From contig NC_135808.1 in the NCBI RefSeq assembly GCF_964213995.1, positions 7,316,001-7,380,000 of the forward strand: a stretch of DNA of 64,000 nucleotides, read 5' to 3'. Each line of letters begins with the position of its first letter. The stretch's first letter is position 1. A model generated the notes under the pieces. That model was given only the letters and a program-made list of their open reading frames with translations. It was not told where the DNA came from and made no database searches. The translations under genes were made by a program, and so were the position numbers. The DNA comes from Mustelus asterias. Its lineage: Eukaryota. Of the stretch, positions 52,428 through 64,000 are shown piece by piece.

Positions 52428-54379
52428 CTAGTGATTTACAAAGAAAGACAAAGATTAATTAGCCATTGCAAAGGCAAAAAATGGTGTATCGCGCATGTTG
52501 AACCAATACCATTTTGTTTAGTTGTGGCACCTTCGCCTGTGACACAAATAATTGCAAGTTGTAGGCGCATATTATTCTAAGAAAATATTGATGCAGTAAA
52601 TAAGGGAATGTTTTTCCCCACAAAGTGCAGTAGAGAAAATTTGATGCTCAATAGAAAAAACAAAAAAACTCTTGTGAACTATTGATCTCGTCCTAATTGA
52701 AGAATCTCGGTGTGAACAAAGCATTTGGCGCGTTGGCCTATGGAGCAACAAAGATTATGGTTCAGTCGGCATTCATTGGCCATGAAGCTCCTTTCCACCA
52801 ATAGCCCAAAAGACGTGCTGGTTAGGTGCATTGGCCGTGCTAAATTCTTTCTCAGTATACCCGAACGGGCCCTGGGGTGTGGCGACTAGGTGAATTCATT
52901 GCAGTATTAATGTAAGCCTACTTGTGACACTAGTAAATAAACTAATAAATAAACTTTAAAACTTCAAGACCTTTGGGAAGTCTTGAGTTGAAAATCATGC
53001 AACCTCAGATTGCCCTCTGCATTAGTTCAACAGTATGTTATCATTAGTTTCGAAATAAATTATTATATGTATGATTAAAAAATACGAGAGAGGAAGTATT
53101 GGAAAAGGAAAGAGGGAATGACAGGTATAAATAGAAAATAATGAAGAGAAAATCAAAAACATCATTTTAATTTTATATTGTTGAATTGATATTACAAAAT
53201 AATAAATCAATTCAATACATTTATCCTTAGATAATTATATACGAATATCTGATTTCAGAAACAGGATATTATGATAAAAGATGTTTCGTTAATATATAGA
53301 GCCAGAATATAATTCGAAATGGGCGACATGGTGACACAGTCGTTAGCACTGCTGCCTCACAGCACCAGGGACCCAGGCTTGATTCCCGGCTTGGGTCACT
53401 GTTTGTGTGACGTTTGCACATACTCCCCGTGTCTGTGTGGGTTTCCTCCGGGTGGTCTGGTTTCCTCCCACAGTCCAAAGATGTGCGGGGTAGGTGGATT
53501 GACCATACTAAATTGGCCCTTAGTGTCAGGGGGACTGGCTAGGGTAAATGCATTGGGTTATGGGGATAGGGCCTGCGTGGGATTGTGGTCGCTGCAGACT
53601 CGATAGGCCGAATGGCTTCCTTCTGCACTGTAGGATTATATGATTCTATGCTGGCATTTGCTATTAATACCTTGCGTTAATGGAACAATAAACTAGAACA
53701 CTCACAGAAGAGGCCATTCGGCCCATCGAGTCGGCACCGCCGCATGAAAGGCCCGGACCTGTCCAACTAACCCCACTTGACAACACTTGGCCCATAGTCT
53801 TGAATGTTAACAGAATCATAGAATACTACAGTGCACAACAAATCATTGAAAACTGTCCACATCATAAACATAAATTCAGGGAAACGAAACATTTGCCCAA
53901 ATATATTCAGAGATCTGGCCGATCACAGTTGCCCAGTTCCTGTGTCAAGCAACCATGAAGAAATGGATCAATGCAGGAACACATATTTCTTTGTGAACCT
54001 GTTTGAATTGCTGCTCACATATTGAAGTGAGGCCCTTGTTTCTCCTGTAAACATAAACTGGATTTTTCATTGAAGATTGAATGCTTTTTTATATATGTGC
54101 TGAGTTGGGCTTCTATCAAGGATTCCTTTTCCATACCATGTCCATAAATAACTGAATTGAACTTACTTTCTAGATTTAAATATTACAATCTAGGGCGTTA
54201 ACCCTATTGGGTGTCATGCCTTTGCTTAAAAGCTGCTCTCCTCAAAGGAAAAGAACAGCTATCTATAAATATATCGGATGTGGCATATAAAAATACGATC
54301 ATTCCAATGTATTCACACAGAAGAAAGCTCCATGTTTAGTTTTCGTGTTAATTCACTGGATTATTTTTAATCAGCATCG

Positions 54380-55015
54380 TGGGGATTACCATTAACCAGA
54401 AACTGATCTGGACTAGCGACATAAATACTGTAGCTACAAGAGCAGGTCAAAGGCTAGGAACCCTGGGGCGATTAACTCACCTCCTGACTGCCCAAAACCT
54501 GTACGCCATCCACAAGACACAAGACAGGGATGTGATGGCATGCTCTCTACTTGCCTAAATGACTGTAGGTCCAACAGCGCTCAAGATGCTTGACACCATC
54601 CAAGACAAAGCAAACTGCTTGACTGCTATACATTTCACAAGCATTCGATTCTGCCACCACAAACGAACAGTGGCAGCTTGTGTACCATCTGCAAGTTGCA
54701 CTGCCGGAACTCGTCAGTGTTCCTTCGGCAGCAGGTTCCAAACCCCCGACCACTACCATCTAGAAGGACACGGACAGTAGATACATAGCAACACCATCAA
54801 CTGCCAATCATCACCCTGACTTGCCAATATATCGCCGTTCCTTCACTGTCGCTGAGTCAAAATCCTGGAACTCTCTCCCTAACAACATTATAGGTCTGCC
54901 TACAGCACATGGATTGCAGCGGTTCAAGAACACAGCTCACCGCTACCTGGCAAGGGCAACTAGTGACGGGCAATATATGTTGGCCTAGCCAGCGGCGCTC
55001 ACATCCTGTAAAGTA
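54380..55015 (+). mobile_element. L2/CR1-group LINE 3' fragment (related pieces about 38800-39150 +, 2920-3140 - and 3440-3740 -)
   Basis: Shared sequence (GCTACAAGAGCAGGTCA.., ATATCGCCGTTCCTTCACTGTCGCTG, GGTTCAAGAA..CAGCTCA). The tail is shared with the second SINE family. Confidence 0.55.
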
Positions 55016-55842
55016 ATCCTTAAAAGAAATGACTGCATGCTTGGACTGAGATGAAACTTACCGATTTTTCGGCTGCATGTAGCAATAATAAAGAAATATG
55101 ATGAACATTATTTAGACAATTAACAAGAAACGCTCATTTCTCTCTGATCCCTACCCGAAATTTGTGACAATACGATTTCTGACTTGACAGAAGGTATTCT
55201 TCCACGATAAGCAACAAAGTATTATAGTTACTATTCTAAACTGTACACTTGGTTGCATGTTTGTTTTCTGGCAAAACAATTCTATCAACGCATTGGCTGA
55301 TTTTGAAAAGAAGAAATAATATGAATTACATCACATGTTCTTCCCAATAATTCCGGGAGAATTGGAGCCCAAAGTTGATTTGAGCTGTTAACATCTGACG
55401 TTAGACATAACTCGATAATATCGCTGGCAATGCTTTGCAAATCCTTATTTAAAAGTATCTTGATATTAAACACAAACGTTAGAGCAAATGATTATTAGAA
55501 AGGGTAATTCTGTAACTTCTGATTAATTGTATCATTTGCAGCAATTATTTGTGTAAAGTATCTGTCAACTTGGTTGCACTGCAGGAAGCAAAACCAAACA
55601 TTCTAGATTGGCGATTTGAAAACCATAGCTTGCCTGGTGAGATTGTATCAGGGGAATTGCAGGTGCCATTGTTTGCAACAGCATCTCCAGTCATTAGAAG
55701 AGGTACAGAGTTGCACGGTTAAACCCTGAATGAACTTTGAGGAACTATCGACAATTGGGATTTCTTTGACAAGAATATCTAAAAGAGCATATGGTCCAAT
55801 GATCTAAAATTATAATGGGTTGCGCAAACTGGAGTCAGTCTG

Positions 55843-56022
55843 TAACCAAAGGAGAAAATGCTGGAAAATCTCAGCAGGTCTGGCAGCAAGGAGAAAAAAG
55901 AATTGACATTTCGAGTCCAGGTGACCCTTTGTCAAAGCTGATGTTGCCAGACCTGCTGAGATTTTCCAGCACTTTCTCTTTTGGTTTCAGATTCCAGCAC
56001 CCGCAATAATTTGTTTTTATTT
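55843..56022. mobile_element. Short hairpin (inverted-repeat) insertion, probably a second Penelope-like family
   Basis: 16-bp TSD AACTGGAGTCAGTCTG (55827-55842, 56023-56038). Arms TGCTGGAAAATCTCAGCAGGTCTGGCA / TGCCAGACCTGCTGAGATTTTCCAGCA. Confidence 0.75.
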
Positions 56023-57022
56023 AACTGGAGTCAGTCTGCATATCGGTTACAAGATTTTAGGATTTTCACAAATTACAAACAGCACAAAAAATCGGAAATG
56101 CTGTAGGAATTTATTCCCTATACGTCTCAAGAAGGTGGAACATTTTACTGGCAATTGGAGTGGAAGGAATAAACGTGTTAGGTGTGAGAATCAACAGTTA
56201 GGATTGAGTAATTTCAGAAACGCACCGAGGGACTATTCGTGGGCTAAATGATTCGGCAGTTACTAAGTTGGATGCATTCTTTGATTTGCAGAGACCACAG
56301 AGTCGCTAAAAAAAAACTCACTAACAATTGTGTGTTATTAGTCCCAGGTTGGTAACTGAGCAAAACATTTCTTTAGATAACAGACATCGAAAATAAAACA
56401 GAGAAATGTAAGCACGTGGTTTAATAATTTGCTGCAAAAATCATTCCAAATATATGAATATAGATATACAACGTGAGCGGGTGAAAAATATAAAAATATA
56501 ATCTCTACAGTGCAAAAAGAGGCCATTCAGCCCATCGAGTCTGCACCGACCACAATCCCACCCATATCCTATTCCCATAGCCCCACATATTTACTCTGCT
56601 AATCGTCTGACACGAGGGTCAATTTAGCATTGCCAATCAACCTAAGCTGCACATCTTTGGAGTGTGGGAGGAAACCGGAGCACCCGGAGGAAACCCAAGC
56701 GGACACGGGGGGAATGTGCAAACTCCACACAGACAGTGACCCAAGGCCAGAATTGAACCCAGGTCCATGACGCTGTGAGGCAGCACTGCTAAGCACTGTG
56801 CCGCAGTGCTAAGCACTGTGCCACCGTGCTGCCCCTCAATAGATTTTTAATTCCAGATATTTTTATTGAATTCAAATTCCACCACCTGCCGTGGCGGGAT
56901 TCGAACCCGGGTACCCAGAACATTAGCTGAGTGTCTGGATTAATAGTCTCGCGATAAAAAAATATCGCCTCCCATGGTTTTCTTGCAATATTCAAACAAT
57001 CAGAGCGCGACTATTCACTTAC

Positions 57023-57083
57023 CCGTTAGACAACTCGAAATCAGGAGAAATAGAGAGGTCGTTGCCCACCGTTCTGTCGCCAT
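57023..57083 (-). CDS. Gene B exon 1: signal peptide (MATERWATTSLFLLISSCLT, phase 1)
   Basis: ATG in good context (gcaATGG), hydrophobic core, donor G|GTAAGT. Joins the V exon in frame (CLT-G-TEAATSPVVQ). Confidence 0.8.
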
Positions 57084-57099
57084 TGCTACGGACTGCTAT

Positions 57100-57325
57100 C
57101 AAACAGGAAAAGAAACTTCGTTAGTCTGAATGGCAGGGTGCGATAAGATCAGCCTTCAGCGTGAGATAGCATGGAGCTCTACAACGAGAAATGGTACAGC
57201 CAGCACCGCGGTTTGCTGGTAACTTTGCAGATTGGGTTTGTAGTATATGGCTAAACTGACAGGCTCACATCTGACAGGAAGTCAGACGTCAACGAAATTA
57301 ACGAGCCTGGCGAAGACAGGAAGAC
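57100..57325 (-). promoter_or_regulatory. Candidate proximal regulatory region of gene B (ETS-like GGAA motifs, CRE-like site)
   Basis: ACAGGAAGT 57274-57282, a further ACAGGAAG near 57316, and GACGTCA 57285-57291, within about 250 bp of the ATG. Short motifs only. Confidence 0.25.
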
Positions 57326-58019
57326 GTAAGATGCCAGGCTACATATCAACTCCAGTCCACATCCTCAGAACTAAAGCAACAACAAAAAAAAGGCGTAACT
57401 GCTATTTTGCACCCTTTTCTATATAATTTAGCACCGACTACAAAATCCACTAAGTCCCCCAGTTCCTGATTGATAACGGGATCAAAGGTAACAGGGAAAA
57501 CGCAGGAGGATGGGGTTCAGAAACATATCAGCCATGATCGAATGGCGGAGCAGAACCGATGGGCCGAATGGCTTGATTCTGCTCCTATATCTTATGGTTT
57601 TATGGTCCACAAGGCCTTCAGTATAAAGTGACTTTTAAAAATGTACACTTTTCATCACCCAACTGCCACTTCATCCATGGCGTGAACGGGTCTCCGTTTA
57701 GAGCTGTCGATAGTCCATGCGGCTTTGAGATTTAGTTACTGACATAAGTCTCTGAAATATACAGCCTTCCACTTGGAAAGACACACGACACGATAGTCAT
57801 GCTGCTGTTTCTCTAATCCCATCTGAAAGTGTGTAAAAAATTGTCTGGGTTTTCAGTTGAAAGCAGCGCCAGACATTTCCTCGCAAATAAAATCATAGTA
57901 ACGCATTGTTTTTCGAGATAAAAGGACGATATAGATTATGAAATCCGCAGAATTTGTATTATATATTGCAGAATTCAATAAAATAGTAACACGTGATAAA
58001 GATAAGTGTAGTCCTCAAG

Positions 58020-60412
58020 TGAAGGTGTTAAATTGTGGGAGGGCTAATTACAACAATATTAGGCTGGAACTGAATGTAGATTGGGGGCAGATAGAACCAT
58101 AGAACCATAGAAAATTACAGCTCAGAAACAGGCCTTTTGGCCCTTCTTGTCTGTGCCGAACCATTTTATGCCTAGTCCCACTGACCTGCACTTGGACCAT
58201 ATCCCTCCACACCCCTCTCATCCATGAACCCGTCCAAGTTTTTCTTAAATGTTAAAAGTGACCCCGAATTTACCACTTTATCCGGCAGATGTTTGAGGAC
58301 AAATCACATCTGGCATTTGGGAGGCTTTCAAGTGTAAGTTGATAGGGATTTAGGACCGGCACATTCCTGTAAGGATGAAGGATAAGTATGGCAAGTTTTA
58401 GGAACCTTGGATAACGAGAGATATTGTGAGTCTCGTCAAAGAGAAAAAGGAAGCATTTGTCATAGCTAGGGGGCTGGGAACACACGAAGCAAGTGTGGAA
58501 TACAAGGAAAGTAGGAAGAAACTTAAGCAAGGAGTAAGGATGGCTAAAAGGGGTCATGAAATGTCACTGGCCAGCAGGATTAAGGAAAATCCCAAGACTT
58601 TTTATACATATATAAAGAGCAAGAGGGTAGCCAGGGAGAGGGTTGGCCTACTCAAGGAGAGGGGAGGGAATCTATCCGTGGAGCCAGAGAAAATGGGCGA
58701 GGTATTAAATAAGTATTTTGCATCAGCATTCACCAAAGAGAAGGACTTGGTGGATGATGAGTCTAGGAAAGGGTGTGGAGATAGTTTGAGTCATGTTGAG
58801 ATCAAAATGGAGGAGGCATTGGGGTTCTTGAGAAACATTAAGGTAGACAAGCCCTCAGAGCCTGATGGGATATACCCTAGAATACTGAAAGAAGCAAGGG
58901 AGGAAATTGCTGGGGTCTTGAGAAAAGTCTTTGTATCCTCACTGGCTACAGGGGAGGTCCCAGAGGATTGAGAATAACCAATGTTATTCCTTTGTTTAAG
59001 AAGGGTAGCAAGAATAATTCAGGTAATTACAGGCCGGTGAGCCTGACGCCAGTGGTAGGGAAATTATTGGAGAGGATTTTTTGAGACTGGATTTACTGCC
59101 ACTTGGAGATAACTGGACTCGCTAATTAGCGAGAGGCAACATGGTTTTGTGAAGAGGATGTCGTGCCTTACTTGATCGAGTTTTTTGAGGAAGTGACGAA
59201 GATGATTGATGAGGGTAGGGCAATGGATGTTGTCTACCTGAACTTCAATAAGGCCTTTGACAAGGTCCTTCATGGCAGACTGGTGCAAAAGTGAAGTCGC
59301 ATGATCAGAGGTGAGCTGGCAAGATGGATACAGAACTGGCTCGGTCATAGAAGACAGAGGGTAGCAGTGGAAGGGTGCATTTCTGAATGGAGGCTGTGAC
59401 AAGTGGCATTCCTTAGGAATCAGTGCTGGGACCTTTGCTGTTTGTAATATATATAAATGATTTTGAGGAAAATATAACTGGTTTGATTAGTAAGTTTGCG
59501 GATGACACCAAGGTTGGTGGATTTGTGGATAGCGATGAGGACCATCAGAGGGTACAGCAGGATATAGATCGGTTGGAGATATGGCCGGAGGGATGGCAGA
59601 TGGAGTTTAATCCGGACAAATGTGAGGTAATGCACTTTGGAAGATCTAATACAGATAGGAAATATACAGTAAATGGCTGAACTCTTAAGAGTATTGATAG
59701 GCAGAGGGATCTGGGTGTACAGGCACACAGTCACTCACTGAAAGTGGCAATGCAGGTGGTGAAGGTAGCCAAGAAGGCATACAGCATGGCTGCATTCATC
59801 AGCTGGGGTATTGAATTTAAAAACTGGCAAGTCATGTTGCAGCTTTATAGAACCTTAGTTAGGCCGCACTTGGAGTATAGTGTTCAATTCTGGTTGCCGC
59901 ACTACCAGAAGGATATGGAGGCTTTGGAGAGGGTACAGAAAAGATTTACCAGGATGTTGCCTGGTATGGAGAGCATCAGCTGCGAGGAGAGATTGGAGAA
60001 ACTTGGATTGTTCTCACTGGAACGACAGAAGTTGAGGGGTGAGCTGATAGAAGTCTACAAGATTATGAGGGGCATGGACAGAGTGGATACTCAGAAGCTT
60101 TTTCCCAGGGTGGAAGAGTCAATTACTTAAGGGCATAGGTTTAAGTGCGAGGGGCAAGGTTTAAAGGAGATGTACGGGGCAGGTTCTTTACACAGAGGGT
60201 GGTGGGTGCCTGGAACTCGCTGCCGGGGAAAGTAGTGGAAGCAGATACGATAAGGCGCGTCTTGACAAATACATGAATAGGATGGGAATAGAGGGATACG
60301 GTCCCCGAAAGGGTAGGAGGTTTTAGTTCGGTCGGGCAGCATGGTCAGTGCAGGCTTGGAGGGCCGAATGGCCTGTTCCTGTGCTGTAATTTTCTTTGAT
60401 CTTTGTTCTTTG
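58020..60412 (+). mobile_element. Decayed CR1 LINE with a nested antisense CR1 3' end (about 58093-58283, GGCAGAT duplication)
   Basis: Frameshifted RT fragments (ORFs 58426, 59423, 59744), TTCTTTG tail. GGCAGAT at 58086 and 58284 flanks the insert. Confidence 0.9.
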
Positions 60413-60484
60413 TATGCACCTCAAGAGATTGAGTTTGCAAATGTTTAACTGATGACTGGTCGGTTATGACATTACTGACCACTT

Positions 60485-61437
60485 AGAACATAGAACAGTA
60501 CAGCACAGAACAGGCCCTTCGGCCCACGATGTTGTGCCGAGCTTTATCTGAAACCAAGATCAAGCTATCCCACTCCCTATCATCCTGGTGTGCTCCATGT
60601 GCCTATCCAATAACCGCTTAAATGTTCCTAAAGTGTCTGACTCCACGATCACTCCAGGCAGTCCATTCCACACCCCAACCACTCTCTGCGTAAAGAACCT
60701 ACCTCTGATATCCTTCCTGTATCTCCCACCACGAACCCTATAGTTATGCCCCCTTGTAATAACTCCATCCACCCGAGGAAATAGTCTTTCAACGTTCACT
60801 CTATCTATCCCCTTCATCATTTTATAAACCTCTATTAAGTCTCCCCTCAGCCTCCTCCGCTCCAGAGAGAACAGCACTAGCTCCCTCAACCTTTCCTCAT
60901 AAGACATACCCTCCAAACCAGGCAGCATCCTGGTAAATCTCCTCTGCACTCTTTCCAGCTCTTCCACATCCTTCTTATAGTGAGGTGACCAGAACTGCAC
61001 ACAATATTCCAAATGTGGTCTCACCAAGGTCCTGTACAATTGCAGCATAACCCCACGGCTCTTAAACTCCAACCCCCTGTTAATAAAAGCTAACACACTA
61101 TAGGCCTTCTTCACAGCTCTATCCACTTGAGTAGCAACCTTTAGAGATCTGTGCATATAGACCCCAAGATCTCTCTGTTCCTCCACAGTCTTCAGAACCC
61201 TACCTTTGACCCTGTAATCCACATTTAAATTAGTCCTACCAAAATGAATCACCTCACATTTATCAGGGTTAAACTCCATTTGCCATTTTTCAGCCCAGCT
61301 TTGCATCCTATCTATGTCTCTTTGCAGCCTACAACAGCCCTCCACCTCATCCACTGCTCCACCAATCTTGGTGTCATCAGCAAATTTACTGATCCACCCT
61401 TCAGCCCCCTCCTCTAAGTCATTAATAAAAATCACAA
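60485..61437 (-). mobile_element. CR1 LINE 3' fragment, same young subfamily as 4983-7434
   Basis: Protein from VIFINDLEEG to the C-terminus (HTRMIGSGIA) nearly identical to the 4986-7361 ORF, same 3'UTR. Confidence 0.93.
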
Positions 61438-64000
61438 TTGCAAAATAAATCATTCGTGAACTTGTTCTTCCTGTCATTTTGCTACAGTGGTAAACTGGGT
61501 TGTATGAATTTCTGCGACTACATTGCAGATCACGGCACGCTTCTTCAGGCGTTCTATATGCTTTGTCCTTCATGCGGCCAGCACCTGACCTAAATAAACG
61601 TACGCACAGGCCTGCTCGATGATGGAAGCACTCGGTGACCCTATTCTTGAAAGGAAGCACTGAACTCAACAGTCCTGCTCGGGTTTAACTGCCAATGGCA
61701 GCTGAGTCACGTAGGCTGCAACCTCAAACATCAGCTTTTGACCAAAGGACAACAGAATTACATTCAAGTAGTTGATGGCGCAAAGCAACAAACTAAAGTA
61801 TCATGTCATCCTCAGTGGATCTACAAATCGTGCCTATGCCTCTTCTTGAAAAAACGTGGCTGGTCAGCTCCTCCACAGCAACCAGCTCCCCTCTCACCCC
61901 CCACCCCACACTCCCGCCCTCACCACCATCGCCGCCTGCCGCCATGTCCCCATAGCCATAGAACCATAGGATCATAGATTAGCTACAGTGCAGATGGAGG
62001 CTATTCGGCATATAGAGTTTGCACGGACTCTCCGAAAAAGCATCTTACTCAACATGCGTCACCCATCCCCCACCCTTCACCCTTACCCTAAGCATTTATC
62101 ATGGCTAATCCACAAACCAGACGCATTCTTTGGGCACTAAGAGGCAATTTTTCATGGCCAATCCACCAAACTTGGACCGTATTCCTCTTTTCTTGCAATG
62201 ATGCATTTACTTCACTGTGGCCCAGTGGTTAGCACTACTGCCTCACAGCGCCAGGGACCTGAGTTCAATCCCAGCTTTGGGTGACTGTATATGTGGAGTT
62301 TGCCCGTCCCTGCTGTGTCTGCAGATGCTCCGGTTTCCTCCCGTACTCCAAAGATGTGCACGGTAGGCCACGCTAAACTGACACTTAATGCCCCAAAATG
62401 GTAGGTTAGATGGATTAGCCATGGTAAGTGTGTGGCTTTACGGGAATAGGGCAGAGAAAGAGAGCCTGGGTAAGAATCTCTATTGTAGCCTCAGTGCATT
62501 CTCAATGGGCCGAATAACATCCTTCTGCAACTTCGGGGTGCTATGAATCCATTAGTTAAATCGGTATCCACCACCCTACCAGGCAGCACATTCCAGATCA
62601 GAATAATTGGCAGCCAGTCATTTTCTTGATTTTCCCTTTGGTTGTGCCAATCATCTATCTGTGCTATCTGATTACAAGCCTCCAGCCAGTGTCTCCATAT
62701 TAATTCTATCAAAATCTCTTCGAATTTTGAACACCGCTATTGTATTTCTTATCTTTACTCTCAGGAGGTCAGGCCCAACCCCGAATCTCCCACATAGCTA
62801 AAGTCCCTGATAAATAGTAGATCCATTGATATAATTCAAGGAAGATTCCTCTGCATCCTCTCCAAGATATGGGCATCCTTCCTGAGGTGTCGCCTTGAGA
62901 ATGTGATGGAATACTCCCATGGGCACCTACTCCCTTATTTACAAATATTTTTGCATAATTGTTGGGGTTTGTACGACAGCGATAAATCCAAGGACGACAT
63001 ATTCTGTTTCCAGCCTTATTTCCCTCAGCAGCCACGAATGAATCACATTTATTGTGACTTTTCTACTATTAACGCTGCTAACCTTTCAAATGCACCCTCA
63101 TTATTTGTTTCATTCTGTGCTATTTCTCTGCACTTCCCCCTCTCCCACCACAACTCTCTCCTCCCCCTCTCCCACCCCCCTCCCCGCCGCTCCCTGCCCT
63201 GATATAGTATCCCAGTAGTGTATAGAGAGGCCATTCGGCCCATCGACTCTGTACAGAGCGGCCCCCGCTTTGTTTTTACTATGGCACATTCGGTAGCATT
63301 GCCATCTAACAACGCCAGGGGACCCGGGCTCAATTCTATCATTCTATGACATGGGCAAAGACCTCTGTTTTGTGAAGACATGTACATTTGTCCAAGCCTC
63401 TAGCCTGCACAAGCAGATCTCCTTTATTTATCCCCAGTTGAGGCAATCTTTCCTTTCAAGGCAACTTGTCTTCTTGCGCCTTTCTGAAAGATAGGGTGGA
63501 CCCTCTTATTTTACTTCGCCATTTACCTTCATGCACACGCTTTGTCATATTTTATTAATTTCTCCTTCGCATCTTGTGTATGCTGTTCAATTATCTACTG
63601 TAATAGAAACCTAACATATATGATAAATTCCATTATTCTGTTTAATTTTGATATCAATTTCTATAGCCATCAGACAGTTGTAATCTTTGGATTCCTCACA
63701 CCCGCCCCTTCCCTAGGCATTTATTTTTCCCCGAAATATATCGTCATTGATGTCCTCATATTTGTTAATTGAATTGAAAGAGAAAATACAAGGTGGGGAA
63801 TGCCCAGTCTGGTAGCTATGTCCTTCAAAGCTCATTTAGCTGAGTTACTCTCATGACCAACTAACCACTCTGGCTTGTGGACACTGCAGCCCCACTACAG
63901 AGTGCATTATGCAATGTTGTTTCCCTCAGGGTTCTTAAAACGTGTATTCAACAGGAATGTGTGCTTAGTTTATTGGCTTCTTTGTAGGAAAGACAAACCC

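Noticed and set aside
55062-55072. 11-nt candidate micro-exon (tgcAG CCGAAAAATCG GTAAGT, minus) between the gene B leader and V exon, and the overlapping MFIIFLYY.. alternative leader
   Set aside because: Inclusion frameshifts the V exon and the alternative leader ends in phase 2. The 57023-57083 leader fits in phase 1. It could only be a poison exon.
680-63772. Most short ORFs in the track (for example MVSTAASQ.., WLALLPHS.., DCGRKPEHPEETH..)
   Set aside because: They are translations of SINEs, antisense LINE frames or microsatellites.

Overview
Repeat-rich vertebrate genomic DNA, almost certainly from a shark or ray: it carries HE1-type tRNA-derived SINEs, a DeuSINE-like remnant, CR1/HER1 LINEs and Penelope-like elements. 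Hand-splicing recovers two convergent multi-exon genes for single-domain, germline-joined VJ-type Ig-superfamily receptors, both NKp30/NCR3-like in the V domain. Gene A (+, 2232-21553, about 261 aa) has an uncharged TM and three ITIMs. Gene B (-, 57083-39440) has a CD28-like stalk cysteine and TM, no canonical ITIM, and a tail built from micro-exons ending in a PxxPxR motif. Between them is a probable decayed 4-exon coiled-coil gene (-, about 27839-22954) behind three CCAAT boxes spaced 31 bp apart and CHR-like sites. Other notable structures: a nested, spacer-free 440-bp Penelope palindrome with hammerhead-like cores and two pairs of TSDs; an intronic U1 snRNA copy fused to a SINE; a 275-bp local duplication; and young CR1 copies, one with a 791-aa open EN/RT frame. 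All gene models are manual and lack transcript or database support. Repeat boundaries are approximate unless TSDs are quoted.
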